A stretch of DNA of 64,000 bases from Octopus sinensis (lineage: Eukaryota). Where the stretch lies: positions 88,412,001-88,476,000 of the forward strand of contig NC_043002.1 of the NCBI RefSeq assembly GCF_006345805.1. The letters run 5' to 3'. The position numbers and the translations under genes are program-made. The notes below the pieces were generated by a model. That model did not search any database, was not told the origin of the DNA, and saw nothing but the letters and a program-made list of their open reading frames with translations. Below, one piece after another: positions 1 through 13,293 of the stretch (the first letter of the stretch is position 1; each line of letters opens with the position of its first letter).

Positions 1-79
1 ACATCGCCCGGTCTGAGATTCGAACCCGTGATCTCTTGACCGCGAGTCCGCTGCTCTAACCACTAGGCCATGTGCCTCC
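1..79 (-). mobile_element. tRNA-derived SINE head (family C), cut by the window edge
   Basis: Reverse complement reads TGGAGGCACATGGCCTAGTGGTTAGAGCAGCGGACTCGCGG...GTTCGAATC (A/B boxes), the same head as the copies at 28824 and 47468. Confidence 0.8.
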
Positions 80-558
80 AAGTTAAATGAGTTGGTGTTG
101 TATCATTTAAAATTTTGCCAGATTTAACCGGTGACATGTATGAAAATAATAATATGGATTCTTCTGCTCAGCTTCATTATCATTTTGTCAACTGCAGGTT
201 TTTGTTGATGTATAGAAGGTGATTGCTAGAAGAATTTGAGAAAAATTGTTAAAAGGATGTACATTGCAGGAGTGCAAGAAAAGGGAGTATATTGTAGGAA
301 AGTAGATGTTCCTTTGGCACTCGGAGAAAGGGAGCATATTGAAAGGCTGGGATATAGAGAAGTACATCGTGGGATTGAGAGAAGGGTGAGCAAATTGTAG
401 GGCTGGATTAAGGGGGAGTACATTGTAGAACTGGAAAAAAAGAAGTAACCTTGCATGCCTGGCATAGGGCATTGATTATCTTGGCACCAACTCTGAGAGG
501 ATAAGTTTAAATAAACTACATGTATCTATATATCTATCTATCAATTTGTATATACAAG

Positions 559-742
559 TACATGCATACACACACACATACATGCATACATACATGCATA
601 CATACATACATACATACATACATACATGTATACATACATACATACATACGTACATACATACACGCATGCATACATACATACATGTATACATACATACATG
701 CATGCATACACGCATGCATACATACATACATACATACATACA

Positions 743-773
<31 letters not shown>
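559..773. repeat. (CATA)n microsatellite
   Basis: Direct reading; accounts for the MYVC/HTYI ORFs. Confidence 0.95.
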
Positions 774-774
<1 letters not shown>

Positions 775-914
775 ACGTCTTTAATGACAGAGAAATAGTT
801 TGATGAAATTCTATGCAACAATAAGAAAATTCTAATATCACAGCAAATTGTTTCATAATTTAAAAACATGCAAATAATTTATATTATTATATCTAACAAT
901 AAATAAGTGAGTTT

Positions 915-1622
915 TTTTTTTGTGACGAGGTGACTTTTCATGTTTCAGGGAAATTAAACAGACAATGTGAGAATCTGGTGATCAGAACACCCCCATGTGA
1001 CTAGGGAGCTTCAACAGGATAGTCCAAAAGTGAATGTGTGGTATGGAATCATGTGCAATTGAATAATTGGTCCACTTTTCTTCAATGAGGCAGCAATTAC
1101 TGCAGATGTTTACCTCGGCCTTCTCACCGAATATGTGGCACCACAACAGATTGATTTACAACCAACCATCATTTTCCAGCAAGATGGTGCACCACCACAT
1201 TGGGGACGGCATGTTCGTTAGTTCCTCAATCAAACATTTTCAGACCGATAGATTTGAAGAGATGGGCCAATTCCATGGCCCTCGTGTTCACCAGATATCA
1301 TTTCCTTGGACTTCTTTTTATGGGGTTACGTAAAAGATATCATGTATCAAACAAAGATACGGAACATTGCTGACTTGAAGCAAAGGATTCATAATGCCAT
1401 TGCCACCGTTGATGAGGCTATCCTACAGCACACATGGCAAGAAATTGAGTACCGTCTTGATGTGTTTCATGCAACTAATGGTGCCCATATTGAGGTCTAT
1501 TAAATAACAATTAAAAACTTTAATAAACAAATATTACAATAAAATAAATCTTGTTAAGATACCTTATCAACTGCCTTTGTAATAAAATTTTAAAATTGTG
1601 AAGAGACTTTATGGACACCCTG
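915..1622 (+). mobile_element. Tc1/mariner DD41D (rosa/Visitor-type) transposon fossil, 5'-truncated
   Basis: Reads FCDEVTFHVSGKLN..., FQQDGAPPHW...WPSCSPDIISLDFFLWGYVK. D2 at 1183 and D3 at 1309 are separated by 41 codons, with three in-frame stops between them. 3' TIR ...GGACACCCTG followed by TA. Confidence 0.9.
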
Positions 1623-2134
1623 TATATATACATATATATATATATATATCCCATGGACTTTTGAGAAGCTGCCTGTCAACCAATTCCACTCACAAGAAGT
1701 TGATGAATTGATTAACACCAAAACTGCAATAAAAAACTTACTGAGATGCAACTCCTTCAGTGGACCTGGCTACAAACCACATAGTAAACCAATATGAAGG
1801 AGTGTAATGAAGAGTCTTATGTAGTTGAAATCCATACATTAAAAATTTAAATGTCCCTACATCAAAAATTTGATGATTCTTTTTGTATGTGTATCCTAGA
1901 GTTGAAAACTTGGTGTAACTATGATATTTTGTTGATTTGAAGAGCTAGCCTTCTGTATCTACATTCGTTTGTAATATGTCCAATTGTATTATGCAATTTA
2001 TAGCATACATACAAAATAATTTATTATGCACTAAAGTAAATTATTTTCATATGATGTTGACTGCAAAATGACCATCATCGTATGGATATCAACAGGTGAA
2101 ATAAATATAATCATCTCATACCTCCCGACTTTAT

Positions 2135-2667
2135 AGGTGTGGCTCTGTTGTAAGGAGCTTGCTTCTCAGCCACATGGTTCCAAGTTCAGTCCCACTGTGT
2201 GGCACCTTGGGCAAGTGACTTCTATTATAGCCTTGGGCTAACCAAAGCCTTGTGAGTGGATTTGGTAAATGGAAACTGAAAGAAGTCTGTCATATATATG
2301 TAATTGTACGTAAATGTGTATCATCATCATCATCATCATCATCATTTAGCGTCCGTTTTCCATGCTAGCATGGGTTGGACGGTTCAACTGGGGTCTGGGG
2401 AGCCCGAAGGCTGCACCAGGCCAGTCAGATATATATTTATATGCATGTGTCTGTGTTTGTCCTTCCACCATCGCTTGACAAGTGATGCTGGTGTGTTTAC
2501 GTCTCTGTGACTTAGTGGTTTGGCAAAAGAGACCAATAGAATAAGTACTAGGCTTACAAAGAATAAGTTCTAGGGTTGATTTCTTTGACTAAAACTCTTT
2601 GAGGCAGTGTTCCAGCATGGCCGCAGTCAAATGACTGAAACAAGTAAAAGAATAACAGAATAAAAGA
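2135..2667 (+). mobile_element. SINE family A with a family-D fragment (2319-2428, minus strand) nested in its internal microsatellite
   Basis: Head GGTTCCAAGTTCAGTCCCAC, body GGCACCTTGGGCAAGTG, tail AAATGACTGAAACAAGTAAAAGA; insert (CAT)n TTTAGCGTCCGTTTTCCATGCTAGC. Confidence 0.9.
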
Positions 2668-3149
2668 GTATATTGTCAGTAAATCAGGAATCCAAAAGAG
2701 AAGCACAATCTAAGTTATAGAGCAGTAGAGTAATTAGATAAAGGTATTTATGGCCGGTCTATGGGATTAAAGCACTTAGCTTTACAGCATTTCTTCAGAC
2801 CCATATGGTCAGTGGCCTATAACCTTTCTTCAAAGTGAAGAGAGAAAAGACCTCGTGGCTAATTGTTGAATGCACAAAGAAGGGTTAAGCATAAGGGATT
2901 ATCCCCCTTAGACTGCTATCCATAATCGACCTGGCCATTTTGTGGGTCCCAGGACTTCTGTAGGAATCTCATATTTATACACACAGTAGGCTCCTTTCAG
3001 TTTCCACCTACTAAATCCACTCACAAAGTTTTGTTCAGCCCAAGCCTATATGATAAAAGATACTTTCCTATGGTGCCACATTGTGGAACAGAACACAAGG
3101 CCACACAGTTGGGAAGCAAGCTTCTTAATCACATAGCTATACCAGCAAG

Positions 3150-3508
3150 CGTGATCATTGTGATTGTTGCCAGAGCAGCCAACTGGCTTCCGTACCCGTG
3201 GCACGTAAAAGGGCACCATTCGAGCGTGATCGTTACCAATGTCGCTTCACTGGCACTTGTGTCGGTGGCACGAGTAAAAAGATTCGAGCAAGGTCATTGC
3301 TAGTACCACCTGACTGGCTCCCATGCAGGTGGCACGTAAAAAGCATCCACTACACTCTCGGAGTGGTTGGCATTAGGAAGGGCATCCAGCTGTAGAAACT
3401 GTGCCAGATTAAGACCAGAGCCTGGTGCAGCCATCTGGTTGCCAGCCCTCAGTCAAAACCGTCCAACCCATGCTAGCATGGAAAACGGACGTTAAATGAT
3501 GATGATGA
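3150..3508 (+). mobile_element. Family D RTE-type retroposon with (TGA)n tail
   Basis: GGCACGTAAAAAGC units, GGAAGGGCATCCAGCTGTAGAAAC, ends CATGGAAAACGGACGTTAAATGATGATG. Confidence 0.85.
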
Positions 3509-3723
3509 AAGTGGAATAACTCATACCAAACACCAGTTGCCTACAGTTTCTACTTAATTGATTCATAATTGTCAATATCCATCAAAGACAAGTCAATTCT
3601 GATGAGTGTGCATTAAGTCTTCTTTGAATTCTATTCTTTTTTTTTAACTCTGAGCAAACTATAATCCATGCAGATTAAGAATAATGATAATTCATCATGT
3701 AATAAATGTTTCCAACCACCTAC

Positions 3724-3781
3724 CTCCTGTGTTCCATCATTAATTATTACACGATCCCCGTATGTGACACTAAGTATCCTT
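3724..3781 (-). CDS. Candidate host exon (58 nt, phase 2->0): RILSVTYGDRVIINDGTQE
   Basis: Acceptor ttttcacttgcag, donor GAG|gtaggt; only one frame open; no homology recognised. Confidence 0.3.
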
Positions 3782-3944
3782 CTGCAAGTGAAAATCATTA
3801 ATCTTTCCATGTTACCTTCACTGCAACAGCTTCCATGTTGTACAAGACATAAAGTGATCATTTGCAAAGTAAATAATACTTCACAGGCATGTTTTCATTG
3901 CAATTGGTAATTGTCTGAAATAATTGGTATTTGCATGAACAGTT

Positions 3945-4380
3945 TATTATATGTGTCAAATAGTCACTATTTGTGTGAATAGTTGCTATTTCTCTAAAAT
4001 ATTTGCTATTTGTATGAATTGCTTTTATTTGCATGAAATAATTGATATTTGTGTGAACTAGTTGCTATTTCTCTAAAATATTTGCTATTTGTATGAATTG
4101 CTGCTGTTTGTATGAAATAATTGCTATTTGTGTGAAATAGTTGCTATATGCATGAAGTGGTTGCTATTTGTGTGTAATAGTTGCTATTTGAATGAAACAG
4201 TTGCTATTTGTGTGAAAGATCTATTTGTGCAAGATATTTACTGCTTGTGAAAATAGTTGCTATTTGTACAAAATGACTGCTTTTGTGTGAAATAGTTGCT
4301 ATACGTAAGAATAGTTGCCATTTGTATGAAATAGTTGCTATTTGTGTGGAATTGTTGCTATTTGTGTGAAATAGTAGGTA
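3945..4380. repeat. Minisatellite with ~20-bp unit TAGTTGCTATTTGTGTGAAA
   Basis: About 20 degenerate tandem copies read directly. Confidence 0.9.
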
Positions 4381-4773
4381 TTCAGGTAAATTCTTTCTAC
4401 TATATCAACAGAAAGCCTGAAATTTTATGGGGAGGGTAGTCAATTACATCTACCCCCAGTACTAAACTGATACTTATTTTATCAATCCCAAAAGGATAAA
4501 AGACAAAGTTGACCTCAGCAGAATTTGGACTCAAAATGTAAAACTGGAAGAAATGCTGTAAGGCATCTTGTCCAGCATATTAACAAGTCTACCAACTTGC
4601 TATCCCAGGAGAACACACTGGCTGCAACACAAATACTTCCTTCTTGTGTGTACAAACGATGGCCACTTTAAAGTTTCCTTCACATGAAATTACACAAGCA
4701 GGTTGGTAAATCTACTAGATAATATCTTCTGCTGATAGTTATCCTGGCTATAGTTTATCACTGATGAAATCAC

Positions 4774-5050
4774 CATCATCATCATCATTTAACGTCCGTT
4801 TTCCATGCTAGCGTGGGTTGGCCGGTTCGACCAGGGTCTGGGAAGCCATGGAGGCTGCAGCAGGCTCTAGTCTGATTTGGCAGTGTTTCAACAGCTGGAT
4901 GCCCTTCCTAACGCCAACCACTCTATGAGTGTAGTGGGAGTTTTTTACATGCCACCGGCACAGGGGCCAGAGCAGGCTGGCAAACGGCCACGATCGGTTA
5001 GTGCTTTTATGTGTCACCGACACGGACGCTGGTCAGGCGGCGCTAAAACC
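4774..5050 (-). mobile_element. Family D retroposon
   Basis: (CAT)n TTTAACGTCCGTTTTCCATGCTAGC...GATGCCCTTCC. Confidence 0.85.
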
Positions 5051-5582
5051 AAGATGGAGAATCACAACTGATTCAGCAATATATCCAGCCTCTGTGTTGA
5101 CCAGTATAACATTTTAGAACTGCTTTAGCTAGGCAGCTATTAAATGCCACTATGCAACATCTCACTGAAGAATACAAATTAAAGAATATGGCATGTTTAC
5201 TTTAATAATAATCTTTACGAAGAAAAACATGTAAAAATGAATGTAAATCTTCTTAAACATATCAGTATGACAGACGTTTTCATAATTGCAAAATTAATTC
5301 AAAACAACATCTTCAGATAATAATAAAAAAAAGACCTTGAATATGTAAGCATATAGTTAGATGAAAAAACTAAAGTATAAAACTGTAACTTCATTTTGTA
5401 TTTGTTTTTAATGAGTTAATTACAAAATAACCTGTTTTTTATTTTCAATGTGTAATGTAAGTAAATGATATGTTTTATAAACTAATAAAGCAGCATTGTT
5501 TGACATATTTTCTGCTGATAAAACAGGAATGAATTGTCTGGAAAAATCAACTGTTGTAGCCTAACATGGAGAATAGATGAGA

Positions 5583-5950
5583 AAATGATGTTGTTAGTAT
5601 TGTTAGCATTATTGTTGTTGTTGTCGTTGCTATTATTGTTGCTGTTGCTACTGTTGTTGGTGTTGTTGTTGTTGGTGGTAATATTGTTGGTAGTGGTGGT
5701 GGTAGTAGTGGTGGTTCTGTCAGTGTTGTTGTTGTTGTTGTTGGTGGTGGTGTTGGTGGTGGTGCTGATGGTAGTAGTGGTGGTGGTGATGGTGGCGGTG
5801 GTGCTGGTGGTAGTTGTTGTCGTTCTGTCAGTGTTGGTGGAAGTGATCTTATTGTTGTTGCTGTTGTTGTTGTTGTTGTTTTTGTTGTTGTTATTGGTGG
5901 TGGTGGTGTTAGTGTTGTTGTTGGTATTACTGATGTTATTATTGTTGAAG
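5583..5950. repeat. (GTT/GGT)n compound triplet repeat
   Basis: Direct reading; explains the poly-L/V ORF 5534-6010. Confidence 0.95.
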
Positions 5951-6279
5951 ACGAAGATAATAATGCAAAAGATTATATTTGTGTATATAAGAGTGCATTT
6001 TTGTTCTTAATATATTATCATTGCAAGTGTGAAGGGTTGGCAGAAATGTTAGAGCATTTAGCCAAATATCTTGTAGTATTTACTTGTGGCCCTTTCTGTT
6101 CTGGGTCCACATCTCACCAAGGTCAACTTTGCCATTAGTTCATCTGGTGGGGGTTCAATAAAGTAAAGCACCAGTCAAATACTGGGATTGATATAATTGC
6201 TATACCTTTCTCCAAATTTCAGATCCTGTAGCCATGTTAGGAATCAATATATTATCATGAATATATTAACACAATTATA

Positions 6280-7035
6280 ACAACTCCACCACCCACTTCT
6301 CTTGTTAATCATCATCACCATCACCACCACCACCACCATCATCATCACCACCACCACCATCATCATCATCATCACCAACACCACCACCACCTTCATCATC
6401 ATCACCAACACCACCATCATCATCATCATCATCATCATCAACATCATCATCACCAACACCACCACCACCATCATCATCATCATCACCATCACCACCACCA
6501 CCACCACCATCAACATCATCATCATCATCATCATCACCACCACCACCACCATCATCATCACCACCACCACCACTATCATCACCACCACCACCACCATCAT
6601 CATCATCACCACCACCACGACCATCATCATCACCACCACCACCACAACCATCATCATCACCACCACCATGACCATCATCATCATCACCAACACCACCACC
6701 ATCATCATCACTACCACTATGACCATCATCATCATCACCACCACAACCACCAGCGCCATCATCATCACCACCACTATCATCATCATCACCACCACCACCA
6801 CCATCATCATCACCACCACCACCACCATCATCATCATCACCACCACCACGACCATCATCATCATCACCACCACCACAACCATCATCATCATCACCACCAT
6901 CACCACCATCATTATCATCATCATTATCATCATCATCATCATCATCAACATCACCATCATCATCATCAACTTCATCCTCACTCATCATCATTCCTAGCAG
7001 CAAGAACAGCAGCAACAGCTACAGCAACAGCATCA
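6280..7035. repeat. (CAT/CAC)n compound triplet repeat ending in (CAG/CAA)n
   Basis: Direct reading; explains the poly-I/T, poly-M/V and poly-D/G ORFs. Confidence 0.95.
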
Positions 7036-7505
7036 ATGAGATTCGTTGCTGGTGTTGAGCATCTCAAGTCAAGTACTCCCATCACTCATTGAGTCTATGA
7101 TCAGACATCTGGAGGAAGCCTGCAGAGAACCAGTACACCAGACTTTCCAGCAACTTTGGCTTCAGACCAAATGGTACATATCATCACACAGTGTTTTCAT
7201 ATTTAATTACATTACATCTCTTATTTAATGTTATATCAGGTTTCCTGTTCAAATAGATGTTTTTTTTTGCAAGAGCAACTGCAACGAAGAAACAGACATT
7301 TCGCTATATTTCACTGCAGTTCTTTGATTATTCATTACAATGACATAGATATGGCTGTGTGGTTTCAGGTTCAGTCTCACTGTGCAACACTTTGGCCAAG
7401 GGCCTTCTACTAAGGTGTCCCATATTTTATTGACTAATGTATTGTGAATTGAATCTGCTGGATAGAAATTGTGCAAAAATCAAATGTATCCGTGTATGTA
7501 TATAT

Positions 7506-7733
7506 ATTTCTTTACTGCCCACAAGGGGCTAAACATAGAGGGGACAAATAAGGACAGACAAAGGGATTAAGTCGATTACATCGACCCCAGTGCGAAACTG
7601 GTACTTTATTTATCGACCCTGAAAGGATGAAAGGCAAAGTCGACCTTGGCAGAATTTGAACTCAGAACGTAACGACAGATGAAATACCACTAAGCATTTC
7701 GCCCGGTGCGCTAACGTTTATGCCAGCTCGCCG
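7506..7733 (-). mobile_element. SINE family B inserted in the microsatellite of a family-A copy
   Basis: 16-bp TSD CCGTGTATGTATATAT (7490-7505 / 7734-7749); head GGCGGCGAGCTGGC..., GAGTTCAAATTC. Confidence 0.9.
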
Positions 7734-8091
7734 CCGTGTATGTATATATGTGTGTGTGTGCACGCATGTATGCATATATGTGTATATATGTATGTGTCTA
7801 TACACATACACACACATATATACAATAGGCTTCTTTCAGTTTCCATCAACCAATTCCACTCGCAAAGCTTTGGTCAGCCTGAGGCTATAGTAGAAGACAC
7901 TTGCCCAAGGTGCTATGCAGTGGGACAGAACCCAGAACCATATGGTTGGTAAACAAACTACTTACCACACGGCCACACCTACACCTGCCCACAGCCACAC
8001 CTGCACCTCCACACAGCCATGCCTCTGCCTCCATGCAGTCACACATGCACCTTATATATACATATTACATATATATATATATATTCAAAAT

Positions 8092-8295
8092 GTGACTGCG
8101 TGTGTACCATTGGCGATTTTTTTTCCTCTGTCTTCTCTTCTCTGGATCTTTCCTTCTCCTATGTTTCTGACAAAGAGCTCCACTCGAAACGTTAAACCCT
8201 CTTTCTTTCCTGAGTATCCAATAATACTATATTTGTTCCACGTCCTCGCGTTGTTGTGTTTTTTTTGTGCTTTCTTGTTTGGATTAACTTTATAT
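8092..8295 (+). mobile_element. Penelope-like pseudo-LTR with degenerate hammerhead core
   Basis: CTGACAAAGAGCTCCACTCGAAACG (CUGANGA decayed, stem GAG/CTC, GAAA); a truncated second copy lies on the minus strand at ~34096-34208. Confidence 0.6.
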
Positions 8296-8302
8296 ATATA
8301 CA

Positions 8303-8720
8303 TATGAGCAGGCATGGCTATGTGACAAGAAGCTTGCTTCCTAACCACATGGTTCTGGGTTTAGTTCTACTGCATGGCACCTTGGGCAAGTGTCTTCTAC
8401 TATAGCCCCAGACTGACCAATGACTTGTGAATGGATCTGATAGACAGAAACTGAAAGAAGCCCATCATATATATATATGTGTGTGTGTGTGTGTCTTTGT
8501 GTCTGTGTTTGTCCCCCACCACTGCTTGACAACTGGTGTTGGTGTGTTTACATCTCTGTAACCTAGCTGTTCAGCAAAAGGTATGATAGAATAAGCACTA
8601 AGCTTGGAAAAAGAAAAAAAATTCTTGGGGTCAATCTGTTCAACTAAAACTTTTCAAGGTGGTGCCCCAGCATGGCCACAGTCAAATGACTGATTGAAAT
8701 AAAAGATAAAAGATAAAAGA
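8303..8720 (+). mobile_element. SINE family A
   Basis: Full head, (TA/TG)n middle, TAAAAGA tail. Confidence 0.9.
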
Positions 8721-9267
8721 TACATATTCTCTATGATGAGCACTTGGTTAGAGGCTAAACATTCATAATCATATTGTACAAGTGTTTATCATTATGATTC
8801 TATCTCATACAGATGTCTCTTTATGGTGACCTCATTTGCCATTCCATTGACTGAAAGCCCTATGGCAATGGAAGGGTGGGGAAGTGTGTGCTGACCTAAA
8901 TAGTGAGAAGGTTCAACTTCAGGTTAAAAATGTTTGAAGAAATTTTGATTTGGCGGGTGGTGGTGGTGGGGTGGATTCCTTGTTCCAATGGAATGAGCCA
9001 GTCAATCCCGGTGGAAGTTTCAACTTTTGTTGGATATCTATGCTTCAAACCACCCAGATCTGCAACAGGATTATCTTTATCTTTTACTTCTTTAAGTCAT
9101 TAGATTGTGACCATGCTGGGGCACCACCTTGGAGAACGTTTATTTGAATGAATCAATCTCAGTACTATTTTTTTTTAAAGCCTGGTGCTTATTGTATTGG
9201 CCTCTTTTACCAAACCACTAAGTTATGGACACACAGGCACACACACACACACACACACGCACACACA

Positions 9268-9397
9268 CGTGGAGTTACGATTTTAGGAGGACGATTGGGA
9301 TCACGTGGATGAGAAAGGCGTGATCCAGAGAGGAGTGGACAGCGTGCTGTGACCAGCGGTGTCAAATGGACACCTGACGGACTGGTCGGTCAAGGTG
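9268..9397 (+). mobile_element. RTE-like LINE 3' terminus
   Basis: Translates GITWMRKA*SREEW, resembling the W-x-R-x-A-x-DR-x-x-W C-terminus of RTE ORFs; GC-richer than flanks. Confidence 0.5.
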
Positions 9398-9449
<52 letters not shown>

Positions 9450-9772
9450 TTATGGCATTCCACTGCTTACGAGGGTTCCAGTTGATCAATTGATCCAATC
9501 AATGGAACTGCCTGGTTGTGAAATTATGTGCAAGTAGCTGAGCACTCCACAAACATGAATACCCTTAATGTAGTTCTCAGGAAGATTCAGCATGACACAT
9601 AATGTGACAAGGCTGGCCCTGTGAAATACAGATACTACTCATTTTTTTCCAGCTGAGTGGACTGGAGCAACATGAAATAAAGTGTCTTGCTCAAGGACAC
9701 AATGCACTACTTGGAATTGTACTTACAATCTTATGATTGTGAGCCACTAACCTAACCACTAAGTCACATGCC

Positions 9773-9778
<6 letters not shown>
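9450..9778 (-). mobile_element. Chimeric SINE: family-E head/body plus family-C tail
   Basis: Head matches 32437-32781; tail matches the 3' half of 28824-29222. Confidence 0.8.
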
Positions 9779-9825
<47 letters not shown>

Positions 9826-10291
9826 ACACACACACATGCACACACACACACACACACAGGTAGGTAGGTAGTTGGATGGGTTTAGGATGGATGGACAGAT
9901 GGATTGATGGATCAACTTCTTCATTGATTAATCATTAAAACTAGACATATAAAATAGATTTTGTTGTGTCTAGGGAGAGTCAAAAACAAAGTAAAAATTA
10001 GATTCTATGCCAAAATTACGAAAACCACTATAATTATTTCACCAAACATTACTTTTTCTAGAGTTTATAGTCAGTGCTTATTTAATGTCAAAACTGAAAC
10101 ATTACAAACTTATTTTTGCACCCCCACCTCTTTATTTTACTTTCTTAAGTGACTTTCATCACTTTTCTATACCTACATTTAGAAAAAATGTGAAGATGTG
10201 TGGCCTAGAGGTTTGGGTATTGCATTCACAGTTGCAAGATCATAGCTTCAATCCCCAGACCAGCAGTACATTGTGTTCTTGAGCAAAACAT

Positions 10292-10699
10292 GGATCTTTT
10301 TGGCTTGAACGGCAGTTTTTTCTAGTGGTGTCATATGAAATTATCACCCATAATTATGACCCTAGTATCGATCTATTGCATTTCAATCTGTTTTAGGGTT
10401 AGGGTTAGGGGTGGGGGGAAGTGTATCTTTTTTCTTCAGAAATGTAAATAAACCCAATCTGTTTCTTAAACGAGGGACATATTCATATGGCACAGAATGT
10501 TTTTTTACCTCAATAGACGTCAGCGATTGGTTGAAATTGAAGAAAAAAAGCAACAAATATCTTACAAACCATAGAATTTTCTCAATAAAGCCAAGAGAAA
10601 AAGATGTTTTATAAACACATTCTACCAGTATACGAATTAAAAAATTTTTTAGTTACCTAGAAATTATGTTAAAAACTGCTGTTCAAATCGAAAAGATCC
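10292..10699. mobile_element. MITE (408 bp) inserted in a family-E SINE
   Basis: ~30-bp TIRs GGATCTTTTTGGCTTGAACGGCAGTTTTT / AAAAACTGCTGTTCAAATCGAAAAGATCC; 8-bp TSD CAAAACAT/CAAAACAC; contains (TTAGGG)3. Confidence 0.85.
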
Positions 10700-12269
10700 C
10701 AAAACACTTTATTTCACATTGTTCCAGTCTGCTCAGCTGTTAATGGGTGACCCTGTAATGGACTGGTATCCTGTTCAAGGAAAATGTTGACCTACATATG
10801 TAACCAGTGGAACTGCATTATTTGAAAGCTACAATAATGTATGAGAGTGCATTGTGACTAGTGGTGAATAACTACATCTGATAGCATGGTTGATACAGTG
10901 ATACAATGATATTTAGAGAAATACAACCAAATTCATTTTCACTCTACTATATTGATTTGTGTGTGTGTGTTTGTATGTGTGCATGCTTGCGTATGTATGT
11001 GTGTGTGTGTATCTGTGGCAAATAGTATAATGCAAAAAGTCAGCCTTCTCTTGAAAAGTACAATCTGTGACCTGTTTTGGTACAAACAATCTGAATTTTA
11101 AATATAACATCTTGATAACTATATATCATTTACTGAATAACACAGTAATCAATATATTTTTCTTTTCTTCTTTTTTGTTGTTTAAATTATATATTTCTTA
11201 TTTTTATACACCAAAATGTATAAATACATTTTTAAATACACATTTTGTCATTATGCACAAAGTACAATAATCCTTTTTACAATAGGCACTGATTACATTG
11301 ACCCCAGGGCTCAATTGGTACTTATTTTATTGACCCAAAAGGATGAAAGGCAAAGTCAACCTTGATGGAATTTGACCTGAAAACGTAATGCTATAAAAAA
11401 TATTACTAAGAATTTTGTCTGATGCGCTAATGAATCTGCCAGCCTGCCACCTTCACAAAGGACAATAATATTTTTTCATCTGTTCTAAAATGCATCATTA
11501 GTAAAAAAAAAAAAAAAAAAAAAAGGGCAGAGTTTAGGAATAGTTCTTCAGAATTCCATACTCCATGGGAATAGAAATAGGTTTAGAAATGGAGAGCAAA
11601 AGTGTTGAAAAAAATTAGAACTTTGATTAAAAATGAAAAACAACTTTTACAGTATTGTTTGTAATTTCCATTGTATGGAATATAGAAATAAAAGGAAGAA
11701 AAATATATTTTCCTTTCTTATGAGGCATAAGATTTCAGTTCAAGAAAATTTATTCTAATCTCTCTTATTCTATATATAACCAGTTTATTCAACTATGTTG
11801 TTCATTTAGATATTTTGTTTCATCAATGGTTTTAAATGTATTACATATTAACTATATTTATTTAACATAGTAATATCTGGAATATATTTGCATTTTGTTA
11901 TTATTGTCTATGTAACAGATTGCTTGTCCTAATTTTAACTTCTAAAGCTTCAAAGAAAAAAGATTTTAATAATTTTTCCAGCATATGAACAATTTCAATG
12001 TTGTAGAAAAAAAAAAAAAGAAAGCAGTTTTGTGATGAATTAAAGCAATTTTATTACATGTTGGTATCTATTTAAGGTCGTTATTTTAATAGTAAATTTG
12101 AAATTGCTGCTTTGAAATTTGTCCAGAAGGTCAGAACCATTTGAATTTGAACCATCAATGTTTTGGATTGAGCACTCCTTACCACTACTGGACTGGAATT
12201 CACAAAAATTTATCAAAAAGCATGTAAATCCAAACACTGGATTATTCAAAGAACATGTTATTATTGGTG

Positions 12270-12675
12270 CAAGAGTTGCTGTGTGGTAAGAAGCTTGCTT
12301 TCCAACCACATTGTTCCAAGTTCAGTTCCACTGCATGGCACCTTGAGCAAGTGTCTTCTACTATAGCCTCAATCCAATCAAAGCCTTGTGAGGGGATTTG
12401 CTAGACAGAAGTTGAAAATAAGCCTCTCATATATATGTGTATGTGTCTGTGTGTCTGTCTGTGTTTGTCCCTCTACCACTGCTTGACAACCGGTGTTGGT
12501 GTGTTTATGTCCCCATAACATAGCAGTTCAGCAAAAGAGACTGACAGGATAAGTACCAGGCTTAAAAAATTCAAAAAAAGTACTGGGGTTGATTCATTCA
12601 ACTAAAATACTTTAAGGCAGTGTTCCAGCATGGCCACACCCTAATGACTGAAACAATAAAAAGAATAAAAGAATA
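12270..12675 (+). mobile_element. SINE family A
   Basis: Matches the other A copies end to end. Confidence 0.9.
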
Positions 12676-13009
12676 GAACATAATGCAAAAATATGTTCTT
12701 GCTTGGAGGGCAACTCCACTTCCTTTTGTAAATTGCTGTATTGCTGATAAAGCTTTGCACACTCCTATTTGACTCATTTTTCATAACACAGAACTCCTCC
12801 TTTTAGTCAGGTACTACAAATCTGAAAGGAAAATCACATTTATAGAATTTCTTGGGACTAATGGCACATTGGGTGTATGGTAAGAAGTTTACTTCCCAAC
12901 CGCATGGTTTTGGGTTCAGTCTCACTGTCTGTTTTGAACGATTGTCTTCTGCATTAGCCTTAGGCTGACCAAAGTCTTCTGAATAGATTTGGTAGACAGA
13001 AACTGAAAG

Positions 13010-13241
13010 CAGCTGGTGGCGAGTTGGCAGAAACATTAGTGCGCTGGGCAAAATGCTTAGCGGCATTTCGTCTGCAGTTATGTTCTGAGTTCAAATTCTG
13101 CCGAGGTCGACTTTGCCTTTCATCCTTTCAGGGTCGATAAAGTACCATTTACACACTGGGGTCGATGTAATTGACTTAATCCCTTTGTTTGTCCTTGTTT
13201 GTCTCCTCTATGTTTGGCTCCTTGTGGGCAGTAAAGAAATA
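13010..13241 (+). mobile_element. SINE family B nested in a family-A copy (from ~12865)
   Basis: 12-bp TSD AGAAACTGAAAG at 12998-13009 and 13242-13253. Confidence 0.9.
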
Positions 13242-13293
13242 AGAAACTGAAAGAAGCCTGTCAAATACATATATATTTCTATAAGTATATATA

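Noticed and set aside
476-869. ORFs such as [16 protein letters not shown], also at 33562-34171, 50333-51892, 56495-57255 and 61099-62016
   Set aside because: Translations of (CATA)n and (TA)n microsatellites, open in several frames
5534-7015. 158-245 aa poly-L/V, poly-T/I and poly-D/G ORFs
   Set aside because: Triplet repeats lacking stops; no unique coding flanks
10393-10410. (TTAGGG)3 as an interstitial telomere
   Set aside because: Only three units and located inside a MITE
12058-12192. 135-nt open GT-AG segment (SSSGKECSIQ…)
   Set aside because: Phase 0-0 does not fit the neighbouring candidates, the donor is weak, and a competing internal donor exists
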